This document shows, one piece after another, positions 56,658 to 64,000 of a stretch of DNA of 64,000 nucleotides; position 1 is the stretch's first letter; each line of letters starts with the position of its first letter. The DNA comes from Dehalococcoidia bacterium. GTDB taxonomy: Bacteria > Chloroflexota > Dehalococcoidia > UBA2979. A model generated the notes under the pieces. That model was not told the DNA's origin. It saw only the letters and a list, made by a program, of their open reading frames with translations, and made no database searches. The position numbers were made by a program, and so were the translations under genes. The DNA lies in assembly GCA_963667465.2 (NCBI GenBank), contig CAXXDN010000002.1, positions 128,001 to 192,000 on the forward strand, given 5' to 3'.

Positions 56658-58368
56658 CCCGACCGCTCCAACAACTGACACACGGCTGATCGAAGGCTCC
56701 GGCGGACGCCGCTGGCGCCTGCGCGCTGTGCCGGACCTCGGCGCCTTCGAGGGTGCGGAGTGGCCGCGCCTGATCTCCCTCCTGCTCGCGAACCGCGGCG
56801 TGCGCAGCGTCGAGGAGGCGACCGCCTACCTCGGCGAACCGGGCGAGCTGACGGACCCCGCGCTGATGCCGGACCTCGACGTCGCCGTCGAGCGGCTGCA
56901 GCGCGCCTGCGCCGCCGGCGAGACGGTCGCGATCCTCGGCGACTTCGATGTCGACGGGCTGACCTCGACGACGATCCTCAGCGAGGGACTGCGCGAACTC
57001 GGCGCGCAGCCGTTGCCCTACATTCCGGATCGCTTCAGCGAGGGCTACGGGCCTAATCCGCAGGCGGTCCGCACGCTGCACGCGCAGGGCGCGACCGTGC
57101 TGGTTACCGCCGACTGCGGCACCTCGGCGCTGCGCGAGGTGGAGCTGGCCAACGAGCTGGGCATGGACGTGATCGTGATCGACCATCACACCGTGCCGGA
57201 CGAGTTGCCGGACGCGCTCGCGCTCGTCAACCCGAAGCTCGCCGGCTCGCAGTACGGCTCGGAGCCCGCCGCCGTCGGCGTCGCGCATAAGGTCGTCGAC
57301 CACCTCTATGAGCGCGCCGGCCACGAGGGGTCTCCCGAGGAGCATCGCGCGCTGGTCGCCCTCGGGACGGTCTGCGATCTCGCGCCGATGCTGGGCGAGA
57401 ACCGCGACCTGGTGCGCATCGGGCTGCGCGTGCTGACGCGCTCGCGGCGGCCCGGCCTGCGCGCCCTCGCCGGGGTGGCGAAGGTCGACCTCGCCGAGGC
57501 GGATCCGGACACCTGCGGCTGGCAGCTCGGCCCGCGGCTCAACGCCGCCGGGCGGATGGCGCACGCCAACACGGCGCTCGAGCTGCTGCTGACGGACGAC
57601 GACGATGAGGCGCGCCGTCTCGCCGCCGAGCTCGACCGGCTCAACCGCGAGCGCCGCGAGGAGACGGCGGCCGCGCTCGAGCTGGCGCAGGGGCTGCTGG
57701 CTCCCGAGGATCGGACCGCGCCGCTGCTGATCGTGGCCAGCGAGGAGATCTCGTCGGGCATCGTTGGCCTCGTCGCCGGGCGGCTCGTCGAGGCGCACCA
57801 TCGCCCCGCGATCGCGATCCAGATCGCGGATGGCGAGGGCCGCGCCTCCTGTCGCTCGATCGAGGCCTTCGACATCACGGCGCTGCTGCGCCGCCACGAC
57901 GATCTGTTCCTGCGCTTCGGCGGCCACCGCGCCGCCGCCGGTTTCAGCATCGAGGCGTCCCGATTGCCCGAGCTGCGTGAACGCCTCGTTGCCGACGCGG
58001 CCGAGCACCTGACTTCCGCCGACCTGACGCCGACGATCGACGTGGAGGCGGAGCTACCGCTCGCCGCCGTCAACGGCGACCTGCTGCGCCGCCTCCAGCA
58101 GCTCGGCCCGCACGGCATCGGCAACCCGACGCCGCGCTTCCTCGCGAGGGGCGTGCGTGTCCTCAACAGCCGTGTGGTGGGGCAGGACGCCTCACACCTG
58201 CAGTTCACGCTCAAGGAGAACCGGGTCACCTGGCGAGCGATCGCCTTCGGCCTCGCCGAGCACGCCGTCCCCGACGGCGAGGAGGCAGATATCGTCTACA
58301 CCTTCAGCAAGGACAACTTCCGCGGCACCCTGCAACTCGAGGTGCTGGACCTGCGGCCCGCGGGGTAG
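56647..58368 (+). CDS. recJ: Single-stranded-DNA exonuclease RecJ
   Basis: GDFDVDG, PDRFSEGYG, DCG, DHH, PRLNAAGR, GGH.AAAG. Confidence 0.96.
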   Translation: MTTNPTAPTTDTRLIEGSGGRRWRLRAVPDLGAFEGAEWPRLISLLLANRGVRSVEEATAYLGEPGELTDPALMPDLDVAVERLQRACAAGETVAILGDFDVDGLTSTTILSEGLRELGAQPLPYIPDRFSEGYGPNPQAVRTLHAQGATVLVTADCGTSALREVELANELGMDVIVIDHHTVPDELPDALALVNPKLAGSQYGSEPAAVGVAHKVVDHLYERAGHEGSPEEHRALVALGTVCDLAPMLGENRDLVRIGLRVLTRSRRPGLRALAGVAKVDLAEADPDTCGWQLGPRLNAAGRMAHANTALELLLTDDDDEARRLAAELDRLNRERREETAAALELAQGLLAPEDRTAPLLIVASEEISSGIVGLVAGRLVEAHHRPAIAIQIADGEGRASCRSIEAFDITALLRRHDDLFLRFGGHRAAAGFSIEASRLPELRERLVADAAEHLTSADLTPTIDVEAELPLAAVNGDLLRRLQQLGPHGIGNPTPRFLARGVRVLNSRVVGQDASHLQFTLKENRVTWRAIAFGLAEHAVPDGEEADIVYTFSKDNFRGTLQLEVLDLRPAG

Positions 58369-58377
58369 GGTCCGCCG

Positions 58378-58638
58378 TCAGGCGCGGGTGGGCTCCGCCT
58401 CCAGGCGGTTCGCGCAACGTCGAGCCTCGGCGGCGAAGAGATTCTCTTCGGCCGCTCCGCTGAGGACCGTCTCCGCAACCAGGGCGAGACGTTCGATCAT
58501 CTCCGCTTCGGCAGGACCGATATCGCGGCTGTCGGTCACAGCGACCTCCCAGCCGCGAACGTCGTCCATCGAGACCTCACCGGCGAGGTATGCGTTCAGA
58601 GTGAGCAGAAGCTCGTTCTGGAGTAGCGTCAGGGCCAT
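58378..58638 (-). CDS. Small acidic helical hypothetical protein
   Basis: ATG 58638, plausible composition (L..YL.G.VS..D...W), atypical codon usage. Confidence 0.55.
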   Translation of the reverse strand: MALTLLQNELLLTLNAYLAGEVSMDDVRGWEVAVTDSRDIGPAEAEMIERLALVAETVLSGAAEENLFAAEARRCANRLEAEPTRA

Positions 58639-58967
58639 TGGAGGACTCCTTGGCTCGCGCAATCGCTGTTCGCGTCTCCGAACCGCTTCTCAGCCAGCTC
58701 TTCGATGCCCTCCGCATCCGGGAGAAGGTTGAGAGCGGTGTGCTCTCTGAGGTCCTGGGGCCCGATTCACCTGTTACGGCCACCGCCGACTGGTGTGCTG
58801 ATGGAATATCGTACTACACGCGGATCGAGAATCAGGAAGGGTTGCGAGTGGGTCGGGTGCACTACCTCTCCTGCCCCGACCTGGGGATTCAGCGCTTCCC
58901 CTCGTACGTCATGGTAGGCGACACGCGTCTGTTCCGCGTCGGGCACGCCGGAGGCGCCGTCGCCTGA
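58638..58967 (+). CDS. Hypothetical protein
   Basis: 109-aa ORF with protein-like composition. Start is uncertain. Confidence 0.55.
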   Translation: MEDSLARAIAVRVSEPLLSQLFDALRIREKVESGVLSEVLGPDSPVTATADWCADGISYYTRIENQEGLRVGRVHYLSCPDLGIQRFPSYVMVGDTRLFRVGHAGGAVA

Positions 58968-59037
58968 CCTACCCTGCCCTCGTGCGCTCGCGCGGTGTAA
59001 CATCCCCGCCACGAGGTGCGCAGGGGGTGCCGACACG

Positions 59038-61089
59038 ATGAACGCCTACACGTCCGATCAGCTTCGCAACGTCGTCCTGCTGGGGCACAGCGGGGCGGGG
59101 AAGACGATGCTGGGCGAGGCGATGCTCTTCGCCTCCGGTGTCACCAACCGCCTCGGCCGCGTCGAGGACGGCAACACCGTCTCCGACTACGACCCCGAGG
59201 AGCACGCCCGCACCTACTCCATCTCCCTCTCCATGCTCCCCGTCGAGTGGGCCGGCACGCGCCTCAATATGATCGACACGCCCGGCTACGCCGACTTCAT
59301 CGGCGAGGTCGTCAGCGGCCTCGCCGCCGCCGACTCCGCACTCATCACCGTTGACGCATCGAGCGGCATCGAGGCCGGCGCCGAGCTGGCCTGGAGCCAG
59401 GCCGAGGCGCGCGGCCTGCCGCGTTTCATCGCCGTGACCCGCATGGACCGCGAGCACGCGGACTTCCCGCAGGTCCTCGACTCGATGCGCGACCGCTTTG
59501 GCGTGAAGGTGGTCCCGCTCGCGATCCCGATCGGCTCCGCCGACAGCTTCGAGGGCGTCGTGCACCTCGCCAGCGGCGAGGCACGCATCGGCGCCGACGC
59601 GACCGCCGGCGAGGCGCCCGGCGACCTCGCCGACGAGATCGAGGCCGCGCGCGAGCAGTTGATCGAGTCGATCGCCGAGACCGACGACGAGCTGCTCGAG
59701 CTGTACCTCGAGGGTGAGGAGCTGCCGCCGGACCGTGTCGCGGCGGTGCTGGCGGCCGCTGTCGCCGCGGGCGACGTGGTGCCGGTGCTGCCGGTCTGCG
59801 CCGTGAGCGGCGTCGGCGTGCGCACGCTGATGAACGAAGTCGCGCGGCTCCTGCCCTCGCCGCTGGGCCGCGAGCACGAGCTGGTCGATGGCTCCTGTAG
59901 CACGGATGCGGACGGGCCGCTGGTGGTGCACGTCTTCAAGACCGCGGCCGACCCGTTCGTCGGCAGGCTGACGTTCATGAAGGTGCTCAGCGGCGTGCTC
60001 ACGCCGGACGCCAACCCGTACAACCCGGACCGGCGCAACAGCGAGCGGTTGGGGCACCTCTTCATCCAGCGCGGCAAGGAGCAGATCGAGACGCCTCAGC
60101 TGGCGGCGGGCGACATCGGCGTCGCCGCCAAGCTCGCCGAGACGATGACAGGCGACACCCTCCTCGGCAGCGAGGCGCAGGGCGAGCGCGTGCCGGGCCT
60201 GCCCTTCCCGGAGGCGACCTTCCGCTCTGCCCTCCACCCGAAGACGAAGGCGGACGTCGACAAGCTCTCGTCGGCCCTCCAGCGGCTCGTCGAGCAGGAT
60301 CCAACGATCCTCGTCGCACGCGACGCGAACACGAGCGAGACGGTGATGTCGACGATTGGCGACGCGCAGGCGAACATCGCCGCCGCGCGCCTCGAGAAGA
60401 ACTACGGTGTCGAGGTGGACGTGAGTATTCCGATGGTGCCCTACCGCGAGACGGTCACCACCAAGGCGAAGTCGGAGTACAAGCACAAGAAGCAGACCGG
60501 CGGACACGGCCAGTACGGCCACGTGGTCATCGAGATCGACCCGGCCGAGCGCGGCGCGGGCTTCAGCTTCGAGCAGAAGGTCGTCGGCGGGAACGTGCCC
60601 AGGCAGTTCATCCCCGCGGTCGAAAAGGGGCTGATGGAGACGCTGCCGGACGGCCCGCTCGCGCACGCGCCGATCGTCGACGTGCGGGTCACGCTGCTCG
60701 ACGGCTCCTCGCACTCGGTGGACTCCTCGGAGATGGCGTTCAAGCTCGCCGCCTCGCAGGCGCTGAAGCAAGGCTTCCTCGATGCGCGGCCGATCCTGCT
60801 GGAGCCGATCGTGCGGCTCGTCGTGCGCGTTCCCGGCGACCGCGTCGGGGACGTGATGAGCGACCTCAACGGTCGGCGCGGCCAGGTGCACGGGGTGGAC
60901 ACCGAGGGCGACTACAGCGTGATCAACGGCGAGGCCCCCCTCGCCGAGATCCAGCGCTACGGCCCGGACCTGCGCTCGATGACCAACGGCCGCGGCACCT
61001 TCACCGTCGCCGTCGACCGCTACGCCGAGGTGCCGGTGCATGTGCAGGAGCAGGTGCTGAAGGAGCTGCAGGCCGCCGCCGAAGCCTGA
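59038..61089 (+). CDS. Elongation factor G-like protein (EF-G II type)
   Basis: GHSGAGKT, DY.PEE..R.YSI, DTPGYADF, KKQTGGHGQY, HSVDSSE.AF. G2, G3 and G4 motifs are divergent. Confidence 0.93.
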   Translation: MNAYTSDQLRNVVLLGHSGAGKTMLGEAMLFASGVTNRLGRVEDGNTVSDYDPEEHARTYSISLSMLPVEWAGTRLNMIDTPGYADFIGEVVSGLAAADSALITVDASSGIEAGAELAWSQAEARGLPRFIAVTRMDREHADFPQVLDSMRDRFGVKVVPLAIPIGSADSFEGVVHLASGEARIGADATAGEAPGDLADEIEAAREQLIESIAETDDELLELYLEGEELPPDRVAAVLAAAVAAGDVVPVLPVCAVSGVGVRTLMNEVARLLPSPLGREHELVDGSCSTDADGPLVVHVFKTAADPFVGRLTFMKVLSGVLTPDANPYNPDRRNSERLGHLFIQRGKEQIETPQLAAGDIGVAAKLAETMTGDTLLGSEAQGERVPGLPFPEATFRSALHPKTKADVDKLSSALQRLVEQDPTILVARDANTSETVMSTIGDAQANIAAARLEKNYGVEVDVSIPMVPYRETVTTKAKSEYKHKKQTGGHGQYGHVVIEIDPAERGAGFSFEQKVVGGNVPRQFIPAVEKGLMETLPDGPLAHAPIVDVRVTLLDGSSHSVDSSEMAFKLAASQALKQGFLDARPILLEPIVRLVVRVPGDRVGDVMSDLNGRRGQVHGVDTEGDYSVINGEAPLAEIQRYGPDLRSMTNGRGTFTVAVDRYAEVPVHVQEQVLKELQAAAEA

Positions 61090-61123
61090 GCCGGGCAGTC
61101 CTGATCGGAAGCGGCGAGGGCCC

Positions 61124-61582
61124 TCAGGCCGGGGCGGGCCCCGGCTCAGGGTTGCGCCAGATCGTCTCGTACTGGCGGCCCCGGATCGCGTTGCCGAGTT
61201 CCTGCTGCTCCAGGACGTAGAGATCCGTGAGGCAGTCGCACGCGCGCGTCAGTTCGGCCTCGCTGCCTTCGCCCTCGAGGCGCGCGAGCACGCGCTCCCA
61301 GACGCCGGCCTCCTCCAGCGCGCCAACGCGCCGGATCCAGGGGATCAGCGTGATCGAATCCGGGCGCGGCAGCCGCGGACGCAGCCGCTTCAGCGACTCG
61401 AAGCGCTCGGTCGAGTTGCGCACCATCGGCACAATGCCGATGTACGGGCGGACGAACTTGTCGGATCGCGTGTCCATCAGCAGGGTCCGGCGCAGCATCG
61501 GGAAGTAGATCGAAACTACCTCGGCCTCGTCCACGTTCTCGCGGATGCCCTCGATGTCCAGCTCGTAGCCGCCGTCAAGCAT
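61124..61582 (-). CDS. Hypothetical protein
   Basis: 152-aa ORF overlapping the tyrS stop, genome-typical codon usage. Confidence 0.8.
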   Translation of the reverse strand: MLDGGYELDIEGIRENVDEAEVVSIYFPMLRRTLLMDTRSDKFVRPYIGIVPMVRNSTERFESLKRLRPRLPRPDSITLIPWIRRVGALEEAGVWERVLARLEGEGSEAELTRACDCLTDLYVLEQQELGNAIRGRQYETIWRNPEPGPAPA

Positions 61583-62825
61583 CGAGGCCCCCCGACTGTT
61601 GCACGCCGGCGCCGCCCGCGACGAGCCGGAGGAAGCGCCGGCGTCCGACGCGCAGCTCGTCGCCCGGGTGGACCGCACGGTCGAAGGTGTCGACCGGCTC
61701 ACCGTTGACGCGCACCGCGCCCTGCTCGACGAGCCGCCGCACCTCGGTGCCGCTCTTCGCCAGCCCGGCGTCCACCAGCACGCGGTCGAGGCGTCCCGCG
61801 GGGCCGCCGTCGCCGTCGCCGTCGGGCGCGAGCGTGTACTCCGGCATCTCGTCGGGCGTCTGGCGGCGCTGGAACGTGGACTCGAAGTAGTCGCGAGCGG
61901 ACTCGGCGGCGGCGGGGTCGTGCAGGCCGGCGGTGATCTCGAAGGCGAGGCGCTTCTTCGCCTCCATCGGCTCGCCGGCAAGCAGCGCCTCGATCTCCAC
62001 GTCGGAGAGATCCGTGAGCAGCGTGAAGTAGTTGCGCAGCGAGGAGTCCGGGATCGACATCACCTTCCCGAACAGGTCGCTCGGAGGCTCGTCGATGCCG
62101 ATGTTGTTGCCGAGCGATTTCGACATCTTCTCGTGGCCGTCGGTGCCGGTGAGGATCGGCAGCGTGATTGCGATCTGCGGCTGCTGGCCGTACGCGCGCT
62201 GCAGCTCCCGCCCGGCCATCAGGTTGAAGAGTTGGTCGCTGCCGCCCACCTGAACGTCTGTCTCCATCGCGACGGCGTCGTAGGCCTGCATCAGCGCGTA
62301 GAGGAACTCGCTCACGTGGATCGGGTCGTGCCGCTCGAAGCGCCGCGCGAGGTTGTCGCGCTCGAGGAACTGCGCCACGGTGAAGTGCGAGGCGAGGCGC
62401 AGCACGTCGCCGAAGCTGAGCTCGCCGAGCCAGTCCGCGTTGCGCCGTACGATCGTGCGCTCCGGGTCCAGGATGCGGAACGCCTGGTCCACGTAGGTCT
62501 GGCTGTTCTCCTCGATCTTTTCCGGAGCGAGCATCGGGCGCGTCTTGTCGGTATCCGAGGGGTCGCCGACCAGGCTGGTGAAGTTGCCGATCAGGAACGT
62601 CACCTCGTGGCCGAAGTCCTGGAAGGTACGCAGCTTGCGCATCGTCAGCGTGTGGCCGAGGTGCAAATCGACGGCGGTGGGGTCGTAGCCGCAGTAGACG
62701 CGCAGCGGCCGGCCCTCCGCGAGGCGCTCGCGCAGCTCGCGCTCCATCGTGCGCCGGGTTGTCTCGTCGCCGAACTCCGCGCCGCGCATGATCGCGGTCA
62801 CCTGCTGCTCGATCGACGCGCTCAT
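61575..62825 (-). CDS. tyrS: Tyrosine--tRNA ligase
   Basis: GYDPT..DLHLGH, GDPS, YALMQAYD, GGSDQ.FN, KMSKS, C-terminal S4 domain. Confidence 0.97.
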   Translation of the reverse strand: MSASIEQQVTAIMRGAEFGDETTRRTMERELRERLAEGRPLRVYCGYDPTAVDLHLGHTLTMRKLRTFQDFGHEVTFLIGNFTSLVGDPSDTDKTRPMLAPEKIEENSQTYVDQAFRILDPERTIVRRNADWLGELSFGDVLRLASHFTVAQFLERDNLARRFERHDPIHVSEFLYALMQAYDAVAMETDVQVGGSDQLFNLMAGRELQRAYGQQPQIAITLPILTGTDGHEKMSKSLGNNIGIDEPPSDLFGKVMSIPDSSLRNYFTLLTDLSDVEIEALLAGEPMEAKKRLAFEITAGLHDPAAAESARDYFESTFQRRQTPDEMPEYTLAPDGDGDGGPAGRLDRVLVDAGLAKSGTEVRRLVEQGAVRVNGEPVDTFDRAVHPGDELRVGRRRFLRLVAGGAGVQQSGGLDA

Positions 62826-63763
62826 GCGAACCAGGCTCGCGTCTCCTCGACGTCCCGGCGGATCTGGGCGATCAGCGCCTCGGGGCCGTCGAACTTCTGC
62901 TCCGGCCGCAGCCGGTGCAGCAACTCCACCGAGGCAATGCGACCGTAGATGTCGCCCTCGAAGTCCAGCAGGTGGGTCTCCACCGAGCGCCGCACGCCCG
63001 CGAAGGTCGGCCGCATCCCGATGTTTGTGCAGCTCTCGAGGCGACGTCCGTCGACCTCGGTGCGCGAGACGTAGACGCCGTCGGCGGGGAGCGCGAGGTC
63101 CGGGCTGAGGCCGAGGTTGATGGTCGGGAAGCCGATCGTGCGGCCGCGCTCCTCGCCGTGGACGATCGGGCCGCGCAGCGCGAAGGGGCGCCCCAGCAGG
63201 TCGGCCGCCTCCGCCATCAGGCCGTCCGCCAGCGCTTTGCGCACGCGCGTCGAGGACACGGGAGCGCCGTCCTCCGGCAGCAGCTCGATTGGCTGTACCT
63301 CGAAGCCGAGGTCGAAGCCCAGCTCGCCGAGCCGCTCGGGCGTGCCCTCGCGGTTGCGGCCGAGCGCGAAATCGTGCCCCGTGACGATCAGCTTCAGGCC
63401 GGTCTCCTCGATGAGGATGCGCGCGAAGTCCTTGGCGGACACCTGCGCGAGTTCGGAGGTGAACTGCACGACGGCGACGAAGTCGACGCCCGTGGTGCGG
63501 AGCTGTTCGACGCGGGTTTCGAGGGAGGTGAGGTAGGAGATCTCTATTTCGGGGCGGAGGACGGTGATCGGGTGGGGGTGGAAGGTGACGATGCCGGAAC
63601 CGAGCTGGCGGGCTGCGGCCTCGGCGCGGAGACGCTCGAAGAGCATGCGGTGGCCGCGATGCACGCCGTCGAAGACGCCGAGCGTCAGGGCATGCGCACC
63701 CGGCGTGGACGCGCGGCGCAGTTCCTCGCGAATGAGCAGCACGTGGCGGACTGGCCCCCTCAT
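62822..63763 (-). CDS. ribF: Bifunctional riboflavin kinase/FAD synthetase
   Basis: GVFDGVHRGH, TFHPHP, SSTRVR, GRTIGFPT.N, ETHLLDF, LRPEQKF. Confidence 0.96.
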   Translation of the reverse strand: MRGPVRHVLLIREELRRASTPGAHALTLGVFDGVHRGHRMLFERLRAEAAARQLGSGIVTFHPHPITVLRPEIEISYLTSLETRVEQLRTTGVDFVAVVQFTSELAQVSAKDFARILIEETGLKLIVTGHDFALGRNREGTPERLGELGFDLGFEVQPIELLPEDGAPVSSTRVRKALADGLMAEAADLLGRPFALRGPIVHGEERGRTIGFPTINLGLSPDLALPADGVYVSRTEVDGRRLESCTNIGMRPTFAGVRRSVETHLLDFEGDIYGRIASVELLHRLRPEQKFDGPEALIAQIRRDVEETRAWFA

Positions 63764-63860
63764 GGCCGCCGTCGGCGCGGCCGTGAGGATCGATCGTAGC
63801 ACTGGCATGATCGCTACTCAAACGGCCGCTGCTTCGGAGTGGCGTGCCTCCGGGCCCCGG

Positions 63861-64000
63861 CTACTCCTCGGTGAAGTCGGTCGTGGAGGCGAGCGAGGCG
63901 GGGGGCGAGGCGCCCTGGATGCGGGCGAGGGTGATCTCGCCGAAGGCGTCGTCCTGGCGCGCCTCCAGGTAGCGGCGGCGGATCAGTTCCAGTACCGCGA
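63861..64000 (-). CDS. scpA: Segregation/condensation protein A, C-terminal fragment (runs off the window)
   Basis: AVLELIR...LEARQ..AFGEI resembles the kleisin C-terminal motif. Confidence 0.7.
   Translation of the reverse strand, partial: AVLELIRRRYLEARQDDAFGEITLARIQGASPPASLASTTDFTEE

Noticed and set aside
3218-62948. Many long antisense or alternate-frame ORFs (e.g. 3218-5035, 31061-33391, 35088-37412, 39290-41302, 53086-55341, 58969-61041)
   Set aside because: They are shadows of recognisable genes in high-GC DNA, are Arg/Gly/Ala-rich and carry no motifs.

Overview
High-GC bacterial chromosomal segment. Gene content and protein style (short EF-Ts, nusA without rimP, peptidase MA next to prfB) suggest Chloroflexota/Dehalococcoidia; this is inference, not a tested placement. 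The backbone is housekeeping: rpsB-tsf-frr-uppS-cdsA-dxr-rseP-ispG (pyrH is missing), nadA-nadB-HAD-nadC-kinase with a candidate NrtR box and nrtR, tRNA-Ser(GCT)-miaB, sucCD, proS, nusA-ylxR-infB-rbfA-truB, prfB (programmed frameshift), folD, acpS-nnr, fabD-fabF-fabF-recJ, a second EF-G, tyrS, ribF and a partial scpA. Three things stand out. (1) Several small integrase-free cassettes (HigBA, DUF3800, a J-domain repeat protein, an orphan gene pair) are bounded by direct repeats of host sequence of 44, about 40, 13 and 7 bp. (2) The DUF3800 cassette has its own promoter-like signal followed by a perfectly closed three-way-junction RNA with G-U pairs. (3) There is a phosphatidylinositol-mannoside-like lipid operon (ino1, two PatA-like acyltransferases, a PHP phosphoesterase, a PimA-like GT4 and a PIP synthase) whose extra genes match unassigned steps of that pathway. 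No CRISPR array, rRNA, transposase or integrase was found.
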